Source: an uncultured Acidimicrobiales bacterium (lineage in GTDB: Bacteria; Actinomycetota; Acidimicrobiia; Acidimicrobiales; SZUA-35). From it: a stretch of DNA of 64,000 nt. The stretch covers positions 1,669-65,668 of the forward strand of contig CALGOA010000021.1 of assembly GCA_937958015.1 (NCBI GenBank). Reading direction: 5' to 3'. How positions within the stretch are numbered: position 1 is the first letter of the stretch; each line of letters opens with the position of its first letter. The notes under the pieces were generated by a model. That model was given only the letters and a program-made list of their open reading frames with translations. It was not told the DNA's origin and did no database searches. A program made the position numbers and the translations under genes. Below are positions 60,711-64,000 of this stretch, in pieces.

Positions 60711-61595
60711 ATGGAGATCAGCGACCGCATGCCGTATCCGAAACGGCGGGTGAATGTGGGAGGGATTTCCATCGCCACGGTGGACCACGGTGAGGGGGAT
60801 CCGATCGTCTTCCTGCACGGCAACCCAACCTCGTCCTACCTCTGGCGCAATGTGATTCCCTATGCCGAACCGTTCGGTCGCTGCATCGCTCCGGATCTGA
60901 TCGGGTTTGGCGACTCGGACAAGCTGCCCGGATCGGGACCAGGTTCGTATCGGTTCGTCGAGAATCGGATGTACCTCGATCGCCTCTTGGAGTCGCTCGG
61001 GGTCAACGAGCGGGTTGTTCTAGTGCTCCATGACTGGGGCTCGGGTCTCGGGTTCGATTGGGCAAGTCGCCACCCCGGCGCCGTGGCCGGTATCGCCTAC
61101 CTCGAGGCGAACGTGGCTCCCCGGTCGTGGAGCCAGCTGACCGACGAGGGCCGCTCCTTCTTCGAACAGCTGCGGACCGAACAGGGCGAACGTATGGCCC
61201 TGGTCGACAATGTGTTCATCGAGCAGGGCCTTCCGGGCGGTGTCATCCGACAATTATCCGATACCGAGATGACCGAATATCGCCGTCCGTTTCTCGACCC
61301 CGGAGAGGGGCGACGGCCGACACTCACCTGGCCGCGGGAGATCCCCTTTGACGGTGAACCCGCTGACGTCCACGCGATCGTGGCGAACTATTCGGCGTGG
61401 CTGGCCGCCTCAGAGGTACCCAAGCTCTTGATCGACGTCTCCGAGGGCGACACGCTCCGCGGACCGCTCTTGGATTTCGCCAGAACCTTTCCCAATCAGA
61501 CCGAAGTGTCGGTCACCGGCCGGCATTTCGCACCGGAAGACAGCCCTCACCAGATCGGCCGAGCGCTAGCGGACTGGCTCGGGAGCGTCACTTAG
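60711..61595 (+). CDS. Haloalkane dehalogenase (DhaA/LinB family)
   Basis: FLHGNPTSSYLWRN, HDWGS nucleophile, LTWPREIP, GRHFAPEDSP. Confidence 0.9.
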   Translation: MEISDRMPYPKRRVNVGGISIATVDHGEGDPIVFLHGNPTSSYLWRNVIPYAEPFGRCIAPDLIGFGDSDKLPGSGPGSYRFVENRMYLDRLLESLGVNERVVLVLHDWGSGLGFDWASRHPGAVAGIAYLEANVAPRSWSQLTDEGRSFFEQLRTEQGERMALVDNVFIEQGLPGGVIRQLSDTEMTEYRRPFLDPGEGRRPTLTWPREIPFDGEPADVHAIVANYSAWLAASEVPKLLIDVSEGDTLRGPLLDFARTFPNQTEVSVTGRHFAPEDSPHQIGRALADWLGSVT

Positions 61596-62914
61596 AAGGG
61601 TTCGGTGTCGTGCTGCTCTTGTCTGACCCGGGCCCGGTGTTTTCGCCAGTGGATTTCGGCCTCGGTCTTGCTGCGGTGATGTTCGGGGCAGAGCAGCTGT
61701 CCGTTTGCAGTATCGGTCCGTCCGCCGTCCTGCCATTCGACGACGTGGTCGACGTGATCCCACCGGCCGGGTTTTCGACATCCGGGAATAACACAGGTCC
61801 GGTCCCGGAACAGGACCGCCTGTCGGGAAGCGCCCGTGAAGAGCCGGCTCGTCCGACCCAGATCAACCCGCCTCGATTCTGAGTAAACAACACATCGGGC
61901 GATGCGGTGATTCAGCGCTATTCGAAATGCTTCCATCGGCGTTATCTGGCTGCCGTCGAAGGTCTCGCACATATAGCCGGGACGAAACACGGTGTCCGCA
62001 GGCAACTGAGGTTCACCGTTAACATACGCATCTTTCGCCCGTTCGAACGTCTCACCATCGAACATCACGACCAGCAACGGATCGGGCGCCGACCCGTCTC
62101 TCGGAGCGGCGTTGGCAAGATTGGCAAACATTCCCACAGCGCGCGCCATCCAATACCGTCGGCCACGTCGAACAACCGGTCGCAACGTGTATTCACTCAC
62201 CGAGTAGTCGACGGCTTCGTTGTCTCCACCATCGCTGTAATCACAAGTTGGTTCGGTCGAAGCTTCGGGATTGGTGTGTTCGGCGACCCGGTCGGCTTCC
62301 ATCGCTTTCTCGGCGACCCGGATCAATCCTTCCTTCAATTGCAGGGCATCGGCAGTGAGCATCAGTCCTCTGATACTCGTGGTGCCGTCACGATTATCGG
62401 TGAAGTCGAGTCCAAGCCCCTTGTCTTCGGGAGCTTGGGCATCAGGGTCAGCATCTTCGCAGAGTGCGATCCACGCCTCACACGCCTTCCGAAAGCCCGG
62501 GAAGTCCAGCTCACGAGCGAGGTCCACCATCATCTTGTGGTGATCATCAAACGCTTCGGCCCGGTACCGCGACCGGTTCCGGGGCAGACACTTCTTCAGC
62601 ACGTTCAGGTGGTCCGACGTGAGCACACCCTCGGCGACGGCCTCCCCGATTGCATCGAACCGATCGACCAACCGACCCGTCTCGACGATTCTGCGACCCT
62701 GCAACTGAGAGATGTTGGCCTCGTGCGCCAGCCAGTGACCCGGGTTCGACAATCCACTGCCGACCAGGCCCCCACGATCGGCGAGCGCCGCAACTTCAGA
62801 CCCGATGAACGCGGTGAGGCGATCCCGAGCGGCAATCAAACCGGCCTCGCGGCGCCCCTGAGGCAGGGAATCTGCCTTCATCAAGTCACCGAGGATGTCC
62901 GCCAAGACCACCAT
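61592..62914 (-). CDS. DUF222 / HNH endonuclease protein (13E12 repeat family)
   Basis: LGRTSRLFT, RDRTCVIPGC, DHVVEWQDGGRTD..NGQLLCPEHHRSK; start trimmed to ATG 62914. Confidence 0.85.
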   Translation of the reverse strand: MVVLADILGDLMKADSLPQGRREAGLIAARDRLTAFIGSEVAALADRGGLVGSGLSNPGHWLAHEANISQLQGRRIVETGRLVDRFDAIGEAVAEGVLTSDHLNVLKKCLPRNRSRYRAEAFDDHHKMMVDLARELDFPGFRKACEAWIALCEDADPDAQAPEDKGLGLDFTDNRDGTTSIRGLMLTADALQLKEGLIRVAEKAMEADRVAEHTNPEASTEPTCDYSDGGDNEAVDYSVSEYTLRPVVRRGRRYWMARAVGMFANLANAAPRDGSAPDPLLVVMFDGETFERAKDAYVNGEPQLPADTVFRPGYMCETFDGSQITPMEAFRIALNHRIARCVVYSESRRVDLGRTSRLFTGASRQAVLFRDRTCVIPGCRKPGRWDHVDHVVEWQDGGRTDTANGQLLCPEHHRSKTEAEIHWRKHRARVRQEQHDTEPF

Positions 62915-62925
62915 AGGTAAGCGTA

Positions 62926-62941
62926 TCAAACATGTGTTTGT
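62926..62941. promoter_or_regulatory. LexA (SOS box)-like palindrome abutting the -10 of the DUF222-HNH gene
   Basis: tCAAACatgtGTTTGt versus the actinobacterial consensus TCGAAC-N4-GTTCGA; TACGCT on the minus strand at 62920-62925. Confidence 0.6.
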
Positions 62942-63017
62942 TGCTGCTATCAAAAACCGACGAAATTATTGAAATAGATTGAACCTTTTCGTGGACAGTC
63001 GTTGATCTGCGTCCACC

Positions 63018-63704
63018 TCACCAGGCGAACGCAAAGCGGAACTTGTCGACCAACTCCCGACGGCCAAGCTCGGTCACGGTGAGCTGGCGTTTCTCCTGTC
63101 GGCGTCGAAGCCAGGCGTTGTCGATCATGTGATCCAGAAGAGCTGCCGGTAGAGAGCCGGCGAAGTGGTCGCGTCGTTCGGTCCAGTCGAGGTCGATCCG
63201 CAACATGGGGCGGCGGAGGGTGGACAGGTGATCGACATCAATCCCAAGGTCGGTGAAGAACCGGGAACCGGCGACGGTCAATTGCGGGGTGTGATCGCGG
63301 ATCAGAACCCACTCATTATCGAGCAGCGCCTGGTGCAGTTCGACGCCGAGCTGGCCGGCGATGTGGTCGTAACAGCTGCGGGCGTACCCGAGGCCGCTGC
63401 CGGGTGTCGGTCGTTTCGGCGGACTGGTCTCGGGGAGGTCGAGGGAGTCCATCCGTTCGAGCAGATCAGCTACCTCTCGGGAGGCGATTCGATAGTGTCG
63501 GTGCCGACCGGCGGGTTCAACCCTCACCAGTCCTGCGTCGATCAGTTTGCTGAGGTGGCCGCTCATGGTGGATGGCGCAACACCACAGGCCCGGGCCAAC
63601 TCGCCGCTGGTGTGAGCCGTCCCCGACAACAGCGCAGCAACCGTCGACGCCCGGGTGGGGTCTCCGAGTGCTGCGCTCAGGGTATGAATCCGGCTGCCTT
63701 CCAT
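63018..63704 (-). CDS. ArsR/SmtB-family winged-helix regulator with extended C-terminal domain
   Basis: LGDPTR, ELARACGVAPSTMSGHL, GRHRHY, ARSCYDHIAG, LDWTERRDHFAG; start trimmed to ATG 63704. Confidence 0.88.
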   Translation of the reverse strand: MEGSRIHTLSAALGDPTRASTVAALLSGTAHTSGELARACGVAPSTMSGHLSKLIDAGLVRVEPAGRHRHYRIASREVADLLERMDSLDLPETSPPKRPTPGSGLGYARSCYDHIAGQLGVELHQALLDNEWVLIRDHTPQLTVAGSRFFTDLGIDVDHLSTLRRPMLRIDLDWTERRDHFAGSLPAALLDHMIDNAWLRRRQEKRQLTVTELGRRELVDKFRFAFAW

Positions 63705-63726
63705 CGTCCGAGCGTAGATCGACCAT

Positions 63727-63746
63727 GTTTCGGCCAGCACCGAAAC
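63727..63746. promoter_or_regulatory. Inverted repeat, putative operator of the ArsR regulator
   Basis: GTTTCGG-ccagca-CCGAAAC, 10 nt upstream of the predicted -10 (63711-63716). Confidence 0.6.
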
Positions 63747-63855
63747 GTCCAGACCATCGGTGGCGCCTGAACGGCCCCCAATCGGAATCGATCCCTAGAG
63801 ACCGAGCCCCGGTTACGCCAACTAGCCGCGAAGCGTTCGCCACGCAGCGTCCAGA

Positions 63856-63969
63856 AGCCTCCGTGGCGCCTGAACGGCCCCCAGAGGGAATGACAGCCTC
63901 CGTGGCGCCTGAACGGCCCCCAGAGGGAATGACAGCCTCCGTGGCGCCTGAACGGCTCCCAGAGGGAAT
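63856..63969 (+). repeat. 39-bp tandem direct repeat, about 2.9 copies, plus a degenerate upstream copy
   Basis: agcctccgtggcgcctgaacggcccccagagggaatgac at 63856 and 63895; a 36-nt copy with one mismatch at 63934; core gtggcgcctgaacggccccca also at 63760-63780. Confidence 0.95.
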
Positions 63970-64000
63970 AATAACCCCATGGCTGATGTGCGTGTTTGTG

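Noticed and set aside
63760..63969. Possible CRISPR array
   Set aside because: Units are directly adjacent with no unique spacers, and no cas genes are in the window
63979..64000. Start of a divergent CDS (MADVRVC...)
   Set aside because: Only 22 nt are visible, too little to support a call

Overview
GC-rich actinobacterial chromosome segment, most likely class Acidimicrobiia (inferred from mshC, FabI/InhA, the Rv3303c-type LpdA, a DUF222-HNH gene and DUF4214 surface proteins). Positions 1-17.8 kb are mostly housekeeping: mshC (partial), fabI, two M23 peptidases, a DUF21/CBS pair, birA plus biotin carboxylase, an amino-acid ABC transporter, zwf and lpdA. From about 14.7 to 60.7 kb runs a mosaic cell-surface glycan region. 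It holds seven GT4 genes, two GT2 genes, two GT-C-like and two flippase-like membrane proteins, rmlB/rmlA, Wzm/Wzt with a C-terminal carbohydrate-binding module, a pyruvyl transferase, an Asn-synthetase-like enzyme and four methyltransferase domains. It is interleaved with four secreted enzymes that all end in DUF4214 repeats (two Tat purple-acid-phosphatase paralogues, a SpoIID/LytB hydrolase and a PGRP-type amidase), plus scpA/meaB, moeB and cobB. The right end has a haloalkane dehalogenase, a DUF222-HNH gene behind a LexA-like box, an ArsR-family regulator with a palindromic site and a 39-bp tandem repeat. The best candidate for an undescribed system is a capped, decorated, ABC-exported wall glycan acting as the docking ligand for DUF4214-tailed enzymes; this is inference, not shown by the sequence. 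No rRNA, tRNA, CRISPR array or transposase was recognised. All family calls are by motif recognition without database searches, and many starts were trimmed using TANNNT -10 elements or translational coupling.
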